Assembly (NCBI GenBank): GCA_003557565.1
Contig: PWOG01000004.1
Location: 1-32,257 of the forward strand
DNA: 32,257 nt
From: Desulfobulbaceae bacterium
Lineage (GTDB): Bacteria; Desulfobacterota; Desulfobulbia; Desulfobulbales; Desulfurivibrionaceae
Direction: 5' to 3'
The notes beneath the pieces were generated by a model. It ran no database searches, had not been told where the DNA came from, and saw only the letters and a program-made list of their open reading frames with translations. Both the position numbers and the translations under genes were made by a program. Shown here in pieces: positions 18,787-28,943 of this stretch; position 1 is the first letter of the stretch; the number at the start of each line of letters is the position of its first letter.

Positions 18787-19995
18787 TCAAACGAACCGGC
18801 CCGCGGCATGGCCGGAAGACCAGGCCCACTGGAGATTGTAGCCGCCAAGCTGGCCGGTTACATCCATTACCTCACCGATGAAAAACAGGCCCGGACAGGT
18901 TCTGGCTTCCATGGTCTTGGATGACAGGGCACGGGTATCGACCCCGCCCAGAGTTACTTCCGCCTTGGCATATCCCTGGGTACCCGACGGCATGATCCGC
19001 CAGTCCGCCAGAGTAGCGGCAATCGTCTGCAACTCGGCGGGGGAAAAGCGATGCATGGCTCTGGTCCAGCCATGGAGCTGGCACCAGGCGTGGGCAAACC
19101 GGCGCGGCAGGCGCCGGGCCAAAATATTGGGCAGCTGCGCCCGTTCGTGGGCCAGGGAAAGCAGCCAGTCGACAATGTCGCCATCAGGCAGCAGATTGAT
19201 GCTCAGCGGGGCCGGCTTGCCGGGGCGATAAGCCTGCCGCTGCCAGTAACTGGAGACCTGGAGCACCACCGGGCCGGATAACCCCCGGTGGGTAATCAGC
19301 ATCGCCTCCCGAAAACAGCCACCGGCGCAGCTGGCCTCCACCTCCAGGGAAGCACCGGCCAGGGGCTGCAAACGCTTCAGGGTGTCGGGGGGCAAGGCCA
19401 GGGGGACCAAGCCGGGACGGGGCTCCACCAAAGGCAGTTCAAACTGCTCGGCCAGCCGGTAGCCAAAGGGCGTGGCCCCGATGGCGGGCATGGCCAGGCC
19501 GCCGGTGGCAACCACCAGGCTCTGACAGCGCCACCGCTCCCGGGAGGTTTTAACTTCGAACCGCTCCGCTCCGAAGTCACCTCGCCGCACCGCTTCCACC
19601 TTCCGCGGCAGCGCCCACTGCACCCTGCCGGCCGCGCACTCGGCCCGCAGCATCTCGATAATTTCCCGGGAAGATTCGTTGCAAAACAGACGCCCCTGCT
19701 CCCGCTCGTGGTAGTTGATACCGTAGCGTTCGACCAGGGCAATGAAATCGGCGGCGCTGAAACGGGCCAGAGCGGAACGGACGAAATGCGGGTTTTGGGA
19801 AAGGTAGTTCTCCGGCCCCAGAAAACGGTTGGTGAAGTTGCAGCGCCCGCCACCGGAAACCCCGACCTTACCCGCCGGTTCGCCGGCATGGTCGATCAAC
19901 AGAACCGTGCGCCCGCGCTGCCCGGCCCGGGCTGCACACATCAGACCGGCGGCCCCCGCACCGATAATGATCACGTCAAATCTTCTATCTTCCAC
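18787..19995 (-). CDS. HI0933/YhiN/BaiN-family NAD(P)/FAD-dependent oxidoreductase
   Basis: IIGAGAAG, SGGGRCNFTN, ATGG, THRGLSGP, AEVTLGGV and GEVMDVTGQLGGYNLQWAWSSG. Confidence 0.93.
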   Translation of the reverse strand: MEDRRFDVIIIGAGAAGLMCAARAGQRGRTVLLIDHAGEPAGKVGVSGGGRCNFTNRFLGPENYLSQNPHFVRSALARFSAADFIALVERYGINYHEREQGRLFCNESSREIIEMLRAECAAGRVQWALPRKVEAVRRGDFGAERFEVKTSRERWRCQSLVVATGGLAMPAIGATPFGYRLAEQFELPLVEPRPGLVPLALPPDTLKRLQPLAGASLEVEASCAGGCFREAMLITHRGLSGPVVLQVSSYWQRQAYRPGKPAPLSINLLPDGDIVDWLLSLAHERAQLPNILARRLPRRFAHAWCQLHGWTRAMHRFSPAELQTIAATLADWRIMPSGTQGYAKAEVTLGGVDTRALSSKTMEARTCPGLFFIGEVMDVTGQLGGYNLQWAWSSGHAAGRFV

Positions 19996-20143
19996 GTTGC
20001 AAAACCAAGTATTTAAGTTCCCGGTTCAAAGGTTTCAGTTAAAAACCCTGTTTAACGTATTCTGAAAAAATTGGCCTGATCTTTTCAGAGCTTCATAACA
20101 AGAGGCCGTCAACAACCGTGCTGCTTTTTCGTCCTGATTTGAT

Positions 20144-20500
20144 TTGACAATCAATCGGAAGTTCCTGAAAATAGAGAAGCAGCTTTTGTACAACGGCAGC
20201 CACGGCTGTGACGGGGAGCGGTTGCAGCAATCTTCTTCGGATGCGGAGACTGTCGAGCGCGGCAGGCAGTTGTACCGGCAACACTGCCTTGTCTGTCACG
20301 ACCCTGAAAGCCGGGAGCTCGCGGCCGGCCACGGCCACAAAGAGATTCTTCAGCGGGAAGAATTGCCGGTAAGCGGCCGGCCGGCCACTCCGGAAAATGT
20401 CGTCCGGGTGCTGCGCCAGCCCTATGATGCCATGCCCTCTTTCGCCTGGCTCACCGACGAACAGGTGGAAGATCTGCTGGCCTACCTTAACACCATTTAA
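20144..20500 (+). CDS. Monoheme cytochrome c domain; start unclear, possibly 5'-truncated
   Basis: GRQLYRQHCLVCH, distal-ligand region AMPSF and C-terminal LLAYLNTI. No signal peptide or SD visible. Confidence 0.7.
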   Translation: MTINRKFLKIEKQLLYNGSHGCDGERLQQSSSDAETVERGRQLYRQHCLVCHDPESRELAAGHGHKEILQREELPVSGRPATPENVVRVLRQPYDAMPSFAWLTDEQVEDLLAYLNTI

Positions 20501-20579
20501 GGAAAAACCTGGCCTTTGTCCCTGGTCGGGACCAAAGCCATTTTCGATGCCTCGGAAAAAAACATGAAGGTGACGGCCC

Positions 20580-21275
20580 ATGGCTTTTAAAACCACCCTG
20601 GCGCACATGCTGGTGCTCAATTATCCCCTGCCGCCCGCTCAGGTTGCCTCCATGATCCCGCCGCCACTGGAACTGGACATCCATGACGGCGCAGCCTGGC
20701 TCAGCCTGCTTGCCTTCGAGCAACAGCAGTTTGCCCCATTAGGCCAGCTGGGGCCCAGGTTTTCTTTTCACCAGATCAATTATCGGACCTACGTGAAATG
20801 CTCGGGACAGCGGGGGGTTTACTTTTTCCGAATGGATTTGGACAGCGGCTGGCTGGCCCGCACGTGCCGGGTGCTTTTCGGCATGCCTGCCCAAAAGCAA
20901 CAGATTAAACTGCATACCGCCACCACCGGCGACGACCGGTACCACCTGTGGGAGCTTCGATCGCCGGAGCTTGAAATTTCGGCCCACAACACCGATAAGC
21001 TCGCCGCCGATTGCGCCTGGTTTCTGGCGCCAACCAAGGGTTTCTTCGCCCACCGAAACGGCACCGTGCGCCATTTTGAAGTCGCCCGGCCGCCAATGGT
21101 CCCCCATGCCGCTGCGGTCAAGGTAAGACGCGGCGATTTTCTTCGGCACATGGGAATAAGCGAAGCAACCGCACCGTTTTCGGCCTGCCTGATTGAGCGC
21201 AGTGCGTTCGCCATCGAGGATTTTCCGCCCACGGTCGCCTTGTGCCGACAATGGATGTCTTTGACACCGACCTGA
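20580..21275 (+). CDS. DUF2071 / YqjF-family protein
   Basis: Pattern LNY..P..IPPPLELD..DGAAWLSL..F, INYRTYV, GVYFF and FGMP. Confidence 0.8.
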   Translation: MAFKTTLAHMLVLNYPLPPAQVASMIPPPLELDIHDGAAWLSLLAFEQQQFAPLGQLGPRFSFHQINYRTYVKCSGQRGVYFFRMDLDSGWLARTCRVLFGMPAQKQQIKLHTATTGDDRYHLWELRSPELEISAHNTDKLAADCAWFLAPTKGFFAHRNGTVRHFEVARPPMVPHAAAVKVRRGDFLRHMGISEATAPFSACLIERSAFAIEDFPPTVALCRQWMSLTPT

Positions 21276-21308
21276 ATGGGTAATCTCAAGTCAAAATCTC
21301 ACGCACCA

Positions 21309-23159
21309 TCAACTTCCGGCAATGGCCCGCGCCCGGTGGGCAATAGCTCCCCGGGAGATTTCTTCATAGTCGAGCAGTTCATCCGGTTTACCACTCTTTG
21401 GTTTCTTACCCACCGCCAGTTTATAAACCGGCACTGCAACCGTGGCCAGGGCGCTCTGCACCGCTTCCCCCAGCCCGCCTTCGGCATAATGGTCCTCCAC
21501 CGTAATGATGGCCCGGGTTTCACCGGCCGCTTTTAGCAGGATCTCTCTGTCCAGGGGTTTGATGCTGTACATATCCAGCACCCGAAGGTTGATCCCCTCC
21601 TGTTTCAGCTCTTCATGGGCGGCCAGGGCTTCAAACAAGGTAATGCCGGCAGTCGCCACCGTCAGCATGTCCCTGTCGCTGCTTCTGAGCACCTTGCTGC
21701 CGCCGATGGAAAAATGCTCTTGGGGACCATAAAGAATGGGAGTGGCGGCACGGGTGGCCCGCAGGTAGACAAGTCCCCGATGACGGGCCGCCGCTTCGAC
21801 CAATCGCTCCATCGCCGTGGCGTCGGCCGGGTAGAGCACCACCGAGTCGACAATGGCCCGGAACATGGCGAGATCTTCCAATCCCATCTGGGATGGACCG
21901 TCCTCGCCGATGGAAACCCCGGCGTGGGAACCCACCAGCTTGAGGTTGGCCTCTGAATACTGTCCCATTCTGATCTGGTCATAAGCCCGGGTCAAAAAGG
22001 CGGCAAAGGTGGAAACAAAGGGCAGCTTGCCGCGCAGGGCCAGACCCTGGGCCGCTCCCACCATGTTCTGCTCGGCTACATACATCTCAAAAAAACGTTC
22101 CGGAAAGGCCTCCTTGAAAACCTCCGCGGCGGTGGAATTGCTTACTTCCGCATCCAGGCTGACCAGCCCGGGAAAGCCAGGGCCCAGCCGCTTGAGAGCG
22201 TTGCCGAATGCCTTGCGGGTGGCCACCGGTTGATCGGCAGGATAGTCAAGGGGGGCGATCTCCGCCGCCGAACCAGGCTCCGGCTCGATTCTCTCCGGAG
22301 TTTTGATCTCCCCCCGCACCGAACAGTCAACCCGGCCCAGTTGCTGGAGGGCCTGTTGGTAATCATCCGGGGAGAGAGTCTTGCCGTGCCAGCCGTCCCG
22401 GTTTTCCATAACGGCCACACCTTTGCCCTTTAGCGTCCGGGCGATGATCATCACCGGCCGGCCCGCTGCCTGCCGGGCCTGCTCGTAAGCCGTCAGGATG
22501 TCCGGATAAGAATGACCGTCGATCACCATGGTCCGCCAGCCAAAGGCTTCCAGCCTGAGCTTATAAGCCTGCAGATCGTGACCATACATGGTCTCGCCCC
22601 GCTGACCCAGCCGATTGACGTCGATTATCCCGATAAGATTGTCCAGCTCGTAACGGGCGGCCAGTTGGATCGCCTCCCACTGAGAGCCCTCGGCCATCTC
22701 GCTGTCGCCGAGCAGGACATAAGTACAGCAGGGCAGTTTATCCAGGTATCTGGCATTAAGGGCCATACCCAGGCCGATTGACAGCCCCTGGCCGAGGGAG
22801 CCGGTGGCCGCCTCGGCATAAGGAAAGGACGCCGTGGGATGGCCTTCCAGGGGGCTGCCGAACTGCCGGTAAGTAAGCATCTCCTCCTCGGAGAGCCGGC
22901 CCGCCGCCAGCCAGAGGGCATAAAACAGGGGCGAGGCATGCCCTTTGGAAAAGATCAACCGGTCGTTGTTGGGATAATCGGGCCGGTCGGGGTCGTAGCG
23001 GAAGCCGCCGCCAAAAAACAGCCCGGTCATCAGGTCGGTGGCGGAAAGCGATGAGCTCGGGTGCCCCGAACCAGCCCGGGTGGTGGCGGCCAGAATGTAA
23101 TAGCGGACCATGGCGGCCAGCTTCTGCAGCTTCTCAATCTGTTCCTGTCCTTGAGTCAT
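21309..23159 (-). CDS. tkt: Transketolase, single-chain short type
   Basis: SGHPSSSLS, SKGHASP, EGHP, ATGSLGQG, TPP motif GDSE...N, GEDGPSQM and TVEDH. Confidence 0.95.
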   Translation of the reverse strand: MTQGQEQIEKLQKLAAMVRYYILAATTRAGSGHPSSSLSATDLMTGLFFGGGFRYDPDRPDYPNNDRLIFSKGHASPLFYALWLAAGRLSEEEMLTYRQFGSPLEGHPTASFPYAEAATGSLGQGLSIGLGMALNARYLDKLPCCTYVLLGDSEMAEGSQWEAIQLAARYELDNLIGIIDVNRLGQRGETMYGHDLQAYKLRLEAFGWRTMVIDGHSYPDILTAYEQARQAAGRPVMIIARTLKGKGVAVMENRDGWHGKTLSPDDYQQALQQLGRVDCSVRGEIKTPERIEPEPGSAAEIAPLDYPADQPVATRKAFGNALKRLGPGFPGLVSLDAEVSNSTAAEVFKEAFPERFFEMYVAEQNMVGAAQGLALRGKLPFVSTFAAFLTRAYDQIRMGQYSEANLKLVGSHAGVSIGEDGPSQMGLEDLAMFRAIVDSVVLYPADATAMERLVEAAARHRGLVYLRATRAATPILYGPQEHFSIGGSKVLRSSDRDMLTVATAGITLFEALAAHEELKQEGINLRVLDMYSIKPLDREILLKAAGETRAIITVEDHYAEGGLGEAVQSALATVAVPVYKLAVGKKPKSGKPDELLDYEEISRGAIAHRARAIAGS

Positions 23160-23423
23160 CAAACGCTCCTTCCCGGCACTCGTGATCGCTTATGGGACTA
23201 TTCCTGAGCTTGGTCCCGCCATTGATCACCAGCCGGCTTGCCGAATTTTTCCGGGATGGTTTCCAAATCAGGTTATCAGAAATCTGCTTGACAATCAGGT
23301 TTTTTATAAAAGATGCTTAAACAGTGAGTTGCCCTCGTAACCGGATAATCCACCGTGGTGAGCTTGCGGGCAAAAACCCGCCAGATGCCGTTTATTCAAT
23401 ACAAGGACGGGAGAGACGGAAAA

Positions 23424-23762
23424 ATGAAGATATTAAAACTGTTGTTGCCGGCCCTGATGGTACTGGGCCTGAGTTTTTCGACGGCCTGGGCCGCCGGGCA
23501 GTTGGCGGCCGAAAGAGGCGAGGCAATTTTCAATGACCCAGACTTTGCCGGCATATCAACGTCTTGCAGCTCATGCCACCATAACGGCCAGGGCCTGAAA
23601 AAGGTCGGGGAAAAAACCGGGTTCAACATCCTGGGGGAGACCGAAGCCAGCCTGGAGGATGCGGTAAACTACTGTATCGCGATATTCGGCAATGGCCAGG
23701 CCATTGACGTTGATTCACCAAAGATGAAAGACCTGACTGCCTATATTAAGACCCTGAGATAA
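23424..23762 (+). CDS. Exported monoheme cytochrome c
   Basis: SD GGAGA; signal peptide ending AWA; GEAIFNDP..CSSCH; extra Cys in AVNYCI; C-terminal LTAYIKTL. Confidence 0.85.
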   Translation: MKILKLLLPALMVLGLSFSTAWAAGQLAAERGEAIFNDPDFAGISTSCSSCHHNGQGLKKVGEKTGFNILGETEASLEDAVNYCIAIFGNGQAIDVDSPKMKDLTAYIKTLR

Positions 23763-23843
23763 CTCGTAACCGGAGTCATTGGCAGACAATGACCAAAAAA
23801 AAACGGCACAGCCGGTAATATTTTAACCAAATGAGGCAACACC

Positions 23844-24263
23844 ATGGGATTCAACGATGAAGTCAGCAGGGCCGTAAACCGGGATGCTCCCAGCGTTACC
23901 ACCGAAGATACCCTGCTCCAGGCCATGCAGCTCATGGTGGACCACGGCTTGACCGCCCTGCTGGTTAAGTCCGGCGGCGAAGTGAGCGGGGTGATAACGG
24001 ATACGGATCTTCAGTCCAGGATGGAAACAAATAATGATCTTGCCGGAACCATGGTCCTGGAAATCATGACCTCCTGCCAACTGATTACCGGCCAGGCGGC
24101 AAAATTCCCCTGCGTGCAGATGGATTCCGGACTGAACGTGCAGACGGCATTGAGCATCATGAACAAGGCCGGAATGAGGCACCTGGTGATCGCCGGCGAG
24201 GACGACACGCCCATGGCCATAGTCTCCAACATGGATCTTTTCCGGCTTGCCCTGGAGTCGTGA
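23844..24263 (+). CDS. Stand-alone CBS-pair protein
   Basis: TLLQAMQLM..ALLV..GVITDTD and ALSIMNKAGMRHLVI..AIVSNMD. Confidence 0.85.
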   Translation: MGFNDEVSRAVNRDAPSVTTEDTLLQAMQLMVDHGLTALLVKSGGEVSGVITDTDLQSRMETNNDLAGTMVLEIMTSCQLITGQAAKFPCVQMDSGLNVQTALSIMNKAGMRHLVIAGEDDTPMAIVSNMDLFRLALES

Positions 24264-24283
24264 TCCAGGGAAACATGGTCATA

Positions 24284-25123
24284 TTATTGGATTTTCTGTC
24301 CCTGGACCCGGGTGGCTTTCCAGGATAAACCGCCTTCGGGGGTCTCCTTGCTACCGCTAATCCGGTCATTGTCAATGCGTCCCCGATAGACCACCGTCTC
24401 GCCGTCATCATCGAATTGGTGCTCAGCGGTAAACGTGAACCGGTCTCCTTTCACTTTACCGTCGATGATCTTCATTATGGTTTGCCCTTGGCGGCTGACG
24501 CTGCCGCTTATCTTCTGAAAATCCTGGTCAACTTCCATGGCGTAACGGTCACCGTCGCCCCCGGACCACACCCAGGTGCCGGCCATGTTTACCGGAATTA
24601 TCCAGAGATAGATGGTCCGGCCGTTTCTCCTCTGCTGGTCGGGCTCCCAGTTTCCCATGCTGAAGGAATTGGATACCACCCGGGTGCCGGGTTTGAGTTC
24701 CGCCAGCAGTTTGGGCCGCAACCTTAGGTTGACCTCGGGAAGGAGAAACATGGTGACCACGGTGGCGTCTTTGAAGTCGGCCTCAAACAGATCCTGCTCG
24801 ATAAAACGCACCCTGTCGGCTACGCCGGCGGCCTCGGCGTTGGCTTTGCTTTCCCGAACCCGCTGGCGGTCAATCTCGATGCCCACGCCCCGTGCGCCCA
24901 TTTCCGCCGCAGTGATGACGAAGCGGCCGTCACCGCTGCCCAGGTCGTAAACCACATCCCCCTTTCCCACCCCGGCCATGGTCAGCATTTCGACCACGGT
25001 TTCCTGGGGAGTGGGAACATAAGGCACATCGGACGCCATACCACTGCCGGCCAGCAGCCACAAAGCCGTGATCACCGCCAGGCAGCTGCCATTAATCTTC
25101 AACAATGATTTTTGCCTGCTCAT
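24284..25123 (-). CDS. Class I SAM-dependent methyltransferase with N-terminal signal/TM segment and C-terminal beta-rich domain
   Basis: DVPYVPTP, motif I YDLGSGDGR, GIEID, ATVVTMFL and LKPGTRVVS. ATGA overlap with the upstream permease. Confidence 0.9.
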   Translation of the reverse strand: MSRQKSLLKINGSCLAVITALWLLAGSGMASDVPYVPTPQETVVEMLTMAGVGKGDVVYDLGSGDGRFVITAAEMGARGVGIEIDRQRVRESKANAEAAGVADRVRFIEQDLFEADFKDATVVTMFLLPEVNLRLRPKLLAELKPGTRVVSNSFSMGNWEPDQQRRNGRTIYLWIIPVNMAGTWVWSGGDGDRYAMEVDQDFQKISGSVSRQGQTIMKIIDGKVKGDRFTFTAEHQFDDDGETVVYRGRIDNDRISGSKETPEGGLSWKATRVQGQKIQ

Positions 25124-26454
25124 CTTCTTTTCTCCTGATTGTTGGTTGTTACCCGTAAAAGCAGCGGCAGACCGGCGGCCAGCACGGCCAGGCCGACCAG
25201 GGCTCCGGTTCCGGTATAAAGAATACTGGCAATAAGCATATAAAAAGAGACGGCGCAGAAAAAAAGCGGGGTCAGCGGATATGCCGGCACCCGAAAGGGC
25301 CGGTGCCGGCCCGGATCCTTACGCCGGAGAATGAAAAGCGAAATTCCGGCCAGGAGGAAAAAGAGCCAGAACACCGGGGCCGTGTACTCGACCATCATCA
25401 CGAAACCGCTGGGGGAGCCGGTACCCAGCAGAATCAACAGGAGGGCAATGCCGCCCTGGAACAGCAGCGCGTTGACCGGAGTCCCTCTTTTGTCCTGCCA
25501 TTGGCCCAGGAAGGAAAGGCGGGACAAATCACGGCCCAGGGCATAATTGGTGCGGGCCCCGGTGATGATCGAGCCGTTCATGGTACTCAGCGCCGTCAGG
25601 GCGATGAGAATACTGATGAACAGGGCGCCGTGATCCCCCAGAACCAACCGCATAAGATCGGCGGCGACCACCTCCGATTCGGCCATGCCTGCAAGCCCCA
25701 GAACTTTGAGCATAACCAGGTTGGTGCCCAGGTAAAGCAGAGTTATGGCGGCAACACTGTACAGCATCACCCGCACCATGTTGCGACCCGGATTGCCAAC
25801 CTCCGACGACAGGTACGCCGCCTCGCTCCAGCCGCCGTAGGTCAGCAACACAAAGATCATCGCCATGCCCAGGGCCGAACCCTCCGGCATAACGCCTTGA
25901 GCATTGCCGGCCGTTGCCGGATCCACGGTAAAGCCGCTGGCGATGACAAACAGCAGCCCAATGATGATGGTGGCGGTGAAAAGCCTTTGCAGACCGTTGC
26001 CCTGCCTGATGCCGGCAATGTTGGCCACGGTCAGGATAACGACCACCGCCGCCGCGTACAGCGAGGACGAATAAGCGCCCAGGTTCCTCACTTCGGAAAG
26101 ATAATCACCGATGATAAAGGCGAGCATGGCGATGGACCCGGTCTGGATCACGGTCATGCGCGCCCAGGCAAAAAGAAAGCCCGGTCCCGGGCCGAAGGCC
26201 CGGGTGAGAAAGTGATATTCTCCCCCGGCGTGGGGATAACTGGAAGCCAACTCGGCATAACAGAGCGCCCCAACCAGTGAGACCAGACCGCCGGCGACCC
26301 AGACCAGCAGAAATATGCCCTCGTTACCGGCACTGGCAGCGACAATGGAAGGAGTTTTAAAAATGCCGGCGCCAACCACTATACCGATGACAATGACCAC
26401 CGCATCGCCAATGGAGAGCGTACCCCCGGGGCTGGTCGGTTGTTTTTTACTCAT
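25120..26454 (-). CDS. APC-family amino acid permease (LAT-like)
   Basis: GIVVGAGIFKTP, CYAELASSYPHAGGEY, TYGGW and RPFRVP, with about 12 TM segments. True start is ATG 26454, overlapping the GH65 stop. Confidence 0.92.
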   Translation of the reverse strand: MSKKQPTSPGGTLSIGDAVVIVIGIVVGAGIFKTPSIVAASAGNEGIFLLVWVAGGLVSLVGALCYAELASSYPHAGGEYHFLTRAFGPGPGFLFAWARMTVIQTGSIAMLAFIIGDYLSEVRNLGAYSSSLYAAAVVVILTVANIAGIRQGNGLQRLFTATIIIGLLFVIASGFTVDPATAGNAQGVMPEGSALGMAMIFVLLTYGGWSEAAYLSSEVGNPGRNMVRVMLYSVAAITLLYLGTNLVMLKVLGLAGMAESEVVAADLMRLVLGDHGALFISILIALTALSTMNGSIITGARTNYALGRDLSRLSFLGQWQDKRGTPVNALLFQGGIALLLILLGTGSPSGFVMMVEYTAPVFWLFFLLAGISLFILRRKDPGRHRPFRVPAYPLTPLFFCAVSFYMLIASILYTGTGALVGLAVLAAGLPLLLRVTTNNQEKRR

Positions 26455-28919
26455 TTTCGCAGGTTGGCGGCACGTGCGGCCCGGTTCTCGTCGCGATCGC
26501 GCTCGTGGGGCTTGATCAGGCGGAACTCGCAGGTATCGCCGGGGGCGATCTGGCGGAAACGGCCCCGGTAGGCCACGGTAACCAGGTTGGCGGTAAACGA
26601 GCACCTGGAGATCCGGAGGGTGTCGTGGTTGACCTCCAGGGCCAGCATCTGCCGCCGATACCGCAACTGTGTCCTTAAGCGGCCGAGATCGGCGGGCAGC
26701 GCGGGATCGAAATGAAGCACATTGGCCCGCATCTCGATACCGAGATAGCACCGCTGGATCAGATCGATGGTACCGGCCATCGCCCCCAGGTGGATGCCTT
26801 CCGAGGTGGTGCCGCCCTGGATATCGGCAATGTCGCTGTCCAGGGCGCGCTGAAAGAGATGCCAGGAGCCGGAGCGGTCGGAACGGGCCAGCACCCAGGA
26901 ATTGGCTACCTGGCTCAGGGTCGAGCCGTGGGAGGTGCGGGCGAGGTAGTAATCGACGTTGCGGGGAATGGTATCGGGATAAAAGGGATAGCCCAACTGT
27001 TCAAACAAAAGGGTCAACTCCTCGGCGGAGAAAAGATAGAACAGCATCAGAACATCGGCCTGCTTGGAAACCTTGTAACGGTTCGGGGTGTCGTCCTCGG
27101 CCTCCAGGATGCGGTCCAGGCGCTGGATGTCGCCGTATTTGCTCTTATAACCCTGCCAGTCGAACTCCTCGAGATCGCCGTAGCCCTCGAACTGACTGAT
27201 GATGCCATCGCCATGGAACGGCACCCGCAGTTTGCAGCTCACCTCCTGCCACAGTTCGGTTTCCTCTAGCCGCAGGCCAATGCGCTCACAAAGCATCCGG
27301 CCATGAAATTTGGGCAGCATGTCCAGCACGTCCAGGGCCCGGCTCAGCACCCAGGCCGCCATGACATTGGTATAGGCGTTGTTGTCCAGTCCCATCTCCT
27401 GCCGGGAATTGTTGCCGGGATAGGCGGTATGATACTCATCGGGCCCCATGACCCCATGGATTTCATAGCGGTCAATGGCGGCGTTGTAGGTGGTAAGGCT
27501 GACCCATAACCGGGCGATCTCCAACAGCATTTCGGCCCCGTAGTAATAAAGGAACTCGTGGTCCTCGGTGGCCTGGTAATAGCCCCAGATGTTATAGGCA
27601 ATGGCCGCGTTGATATGGCGTTGAAGCTGGGTATTGTCCGGCAGCCAGCGGCCCGAACGGGGGTTTAGATGCAGGTCTTGAGTTTCCTCCCGGCCGGTGC
27701 TGCCGCTTTGCCATGGATACATGGCCCCCGCATAGCCCGCTTCCCGGGCCGCCCGCCGCGCTTCCGGCAGGCGCCGGTGGCGGTATCGCAGCAGGGCCCG
27801 GGTCAACACCGGCATCCGCAGGGTCAGGAAAGGGAAAATAAAGAGTTCATCCCAGAAGATGTGGCCGCGATAGGCCTCACCATGCCAACCCCGGGCGGGA
27901 ACCCCGACGTCGCGGTCGGCGGTGTGAAAAGACACCGTCTGCAACAGATGAAAGATATGGACCCGGAGTTTCAACTCGGTGCCCTGGTCCGTCTGCTCTT
28001 CCAGATCGATGCCGCCGTTTTCCCAGAGGTGCTTCCAGGCCAGGGCGTGATCCGCCAGGAGATCGTCGAAACGGCCGGCATCGGCAAGGGCTTTGCGGGC
28101 CGCCAGGCCGGGCTCGGAGATCGCTCGATCAAGGGAGGTGTACATGGCCATGATCTTCTCGACCACCACCCCCTCCCCCCGGGCCAGATTGATGATCATT
28201 TCCTGGCCCACCTGATGGTCATCGACGTGGTTGCTGCATTCAGCCTCGAGCTCGGTTTTGTTCCGATACATGCGGGTGCGGGCGGCCTGGGCCACCTGGA
28301 TCAGGGACTGGTTGGTCCGGACCCGGAGGAACATGGTGTCCGGGGCCGGATGATCCCGCTGCATGATCTCGAGATGCCGATTGGCCAGCTCGCGGTAACG
28401 CCGCACTCCGCTGTTGGTGACCCCGCCATCCAGAGCACTGCGGACCGTCAGGCGTCCCGTCCAGTTCTCGGCCCGGAGTTCGACACAGAGCCCGGCCAGG
28501 TGGGGATTAGCCATGCTGACCAGGCGGCGCTCCCGCCAGCTCGTGGTGCGGCCGCCGGCATCACGGAAGCGCAGCTCGCGGTTAAGCAGGCCCGTTTTAA
28601 GATCCAGCACCTGGCGATAGGCAAGAATTTCCACCTCGTCGAGGCGAAACCATGGGCCGTCGTCGATGCTGAAGGTCAGGGGCAGCCAGTTCGGCATGTT
28701 GACCAGATCCTCGTTCTCCACGTCCCTGCCGGCAATCCTGGTCTGCAGGCGGTTGTACCCGCCGGCCAGGTAAGTTCCCGGATAATGCACCTCGTCGGCC
28801 GGGCTGTCGGGAGCGCCCCCCCGGGTGGCGAAACAGCCGTTGCCCAGGGTGCACAAGGCCTCGCGCACCCCTTCTTGTTCAGGGTTGTAGTCATCGTAAA
28901 CGAAATGCCAGGAGTCCAT
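26451..28919 (-). CDS. Glycoside hydrolase family 65 (trehalose/maltose-type phosphorylase)
   Basis: EALCTLGNG, GEAYRGHIFWDE, GAMYPWQS, GPDEYH, NNAYTN, SKQADVLM and HGSTLS. Start placed at MDSW (ATG 28919, AAGAGG upstream). Confidence 0.93.
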   Translation of the reverse strand: MDSWHFVYDDYNPEQEGVREALCTLGNGCFATRGGAPDSPADEVHYPGTYLAGGYNRLQTRIAGRDVENEDLVNMPNWLPLTFSIDDGPWFRLDEVEILAYRQVLDLKTGLLNRELRFRDAGGRTTSWRERRLVSMANPHLAGLCVELRAENWTGRLTVRSALDGGVTNSGVRRYRELANRHLEIMQRDHPAPDTMFLRVRTNQSLIQVAQAARTRMYRNKTELEAECSNHVDDHQVGQEMIINLARGEGVVVEKIMAMYTSLDRAISEPGLAARKALADAGRFDDLLADHALAWKHLWENGGIDLEEQTDQGTELKLRVHIFHLLQTVSFHTADRDVGVPARGWHGEAYRGHIFWDELFIFPFLTLRMPVLTRALLRYRHRRLPEARRAAREAGYAGAMYPWQSGSTGREETQDLHLNPRSGRWLPDNTQLQRHINAAIAYNIWGYYQATEDHEFLYYYGAEMLLEIARLWVSLTTYNAAIDRYEIHGVMGPDEYHTAYPGNNSRQEMGLDNNAYTNVMAAWVLSRALDVLDMLPKFHGRMLCERIGLRLEETELWQEVSCKLRVPFHGDGIISQFEGYGDLEEFDWQGYKSKYGDIQRLDRILEAEDDTPNRYKVSKQADVLMLFYLFSAEELTLLFEQLGYPFYPDTIPRNVDYYLARTSHGSTLSQVANSWVLARSDRSGSWHLFQRALDSDIADIQGGTTSEGIHLGAMAGTIDLIQRCYLGIEMRANVLHFDPALPADLGRLRTQLRYRRQMLALEVNHDTLRISRCSFTANLVTVAYRGRFRQIAPGDTCEFRLIKPHERDRDENRAARAANLRK

Positions 28920-28943
28920 AAATGCCTCTTGGGGAAACGCCTC

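Noticed and set aside
23324-23392. Riboswitch-like leader before the cytochrome c gene (faint ZTP/pfl resemblance, alternative hairpins)
   Set aside because: The conserved pfl elements are missing and the gene context does not fit. It is better explained as a degenerate mini GTAA repeat plus a GCGGG/CCCGC hairpin. An Rfam scan would settle it.
26455-26751. 99-aa N-terminal extension of the APC permease in the ORF track
   Set aside because: It overlaps the GH65 3' end in another frame. The ATGA overlap at 26451-26454 gives the natural start.
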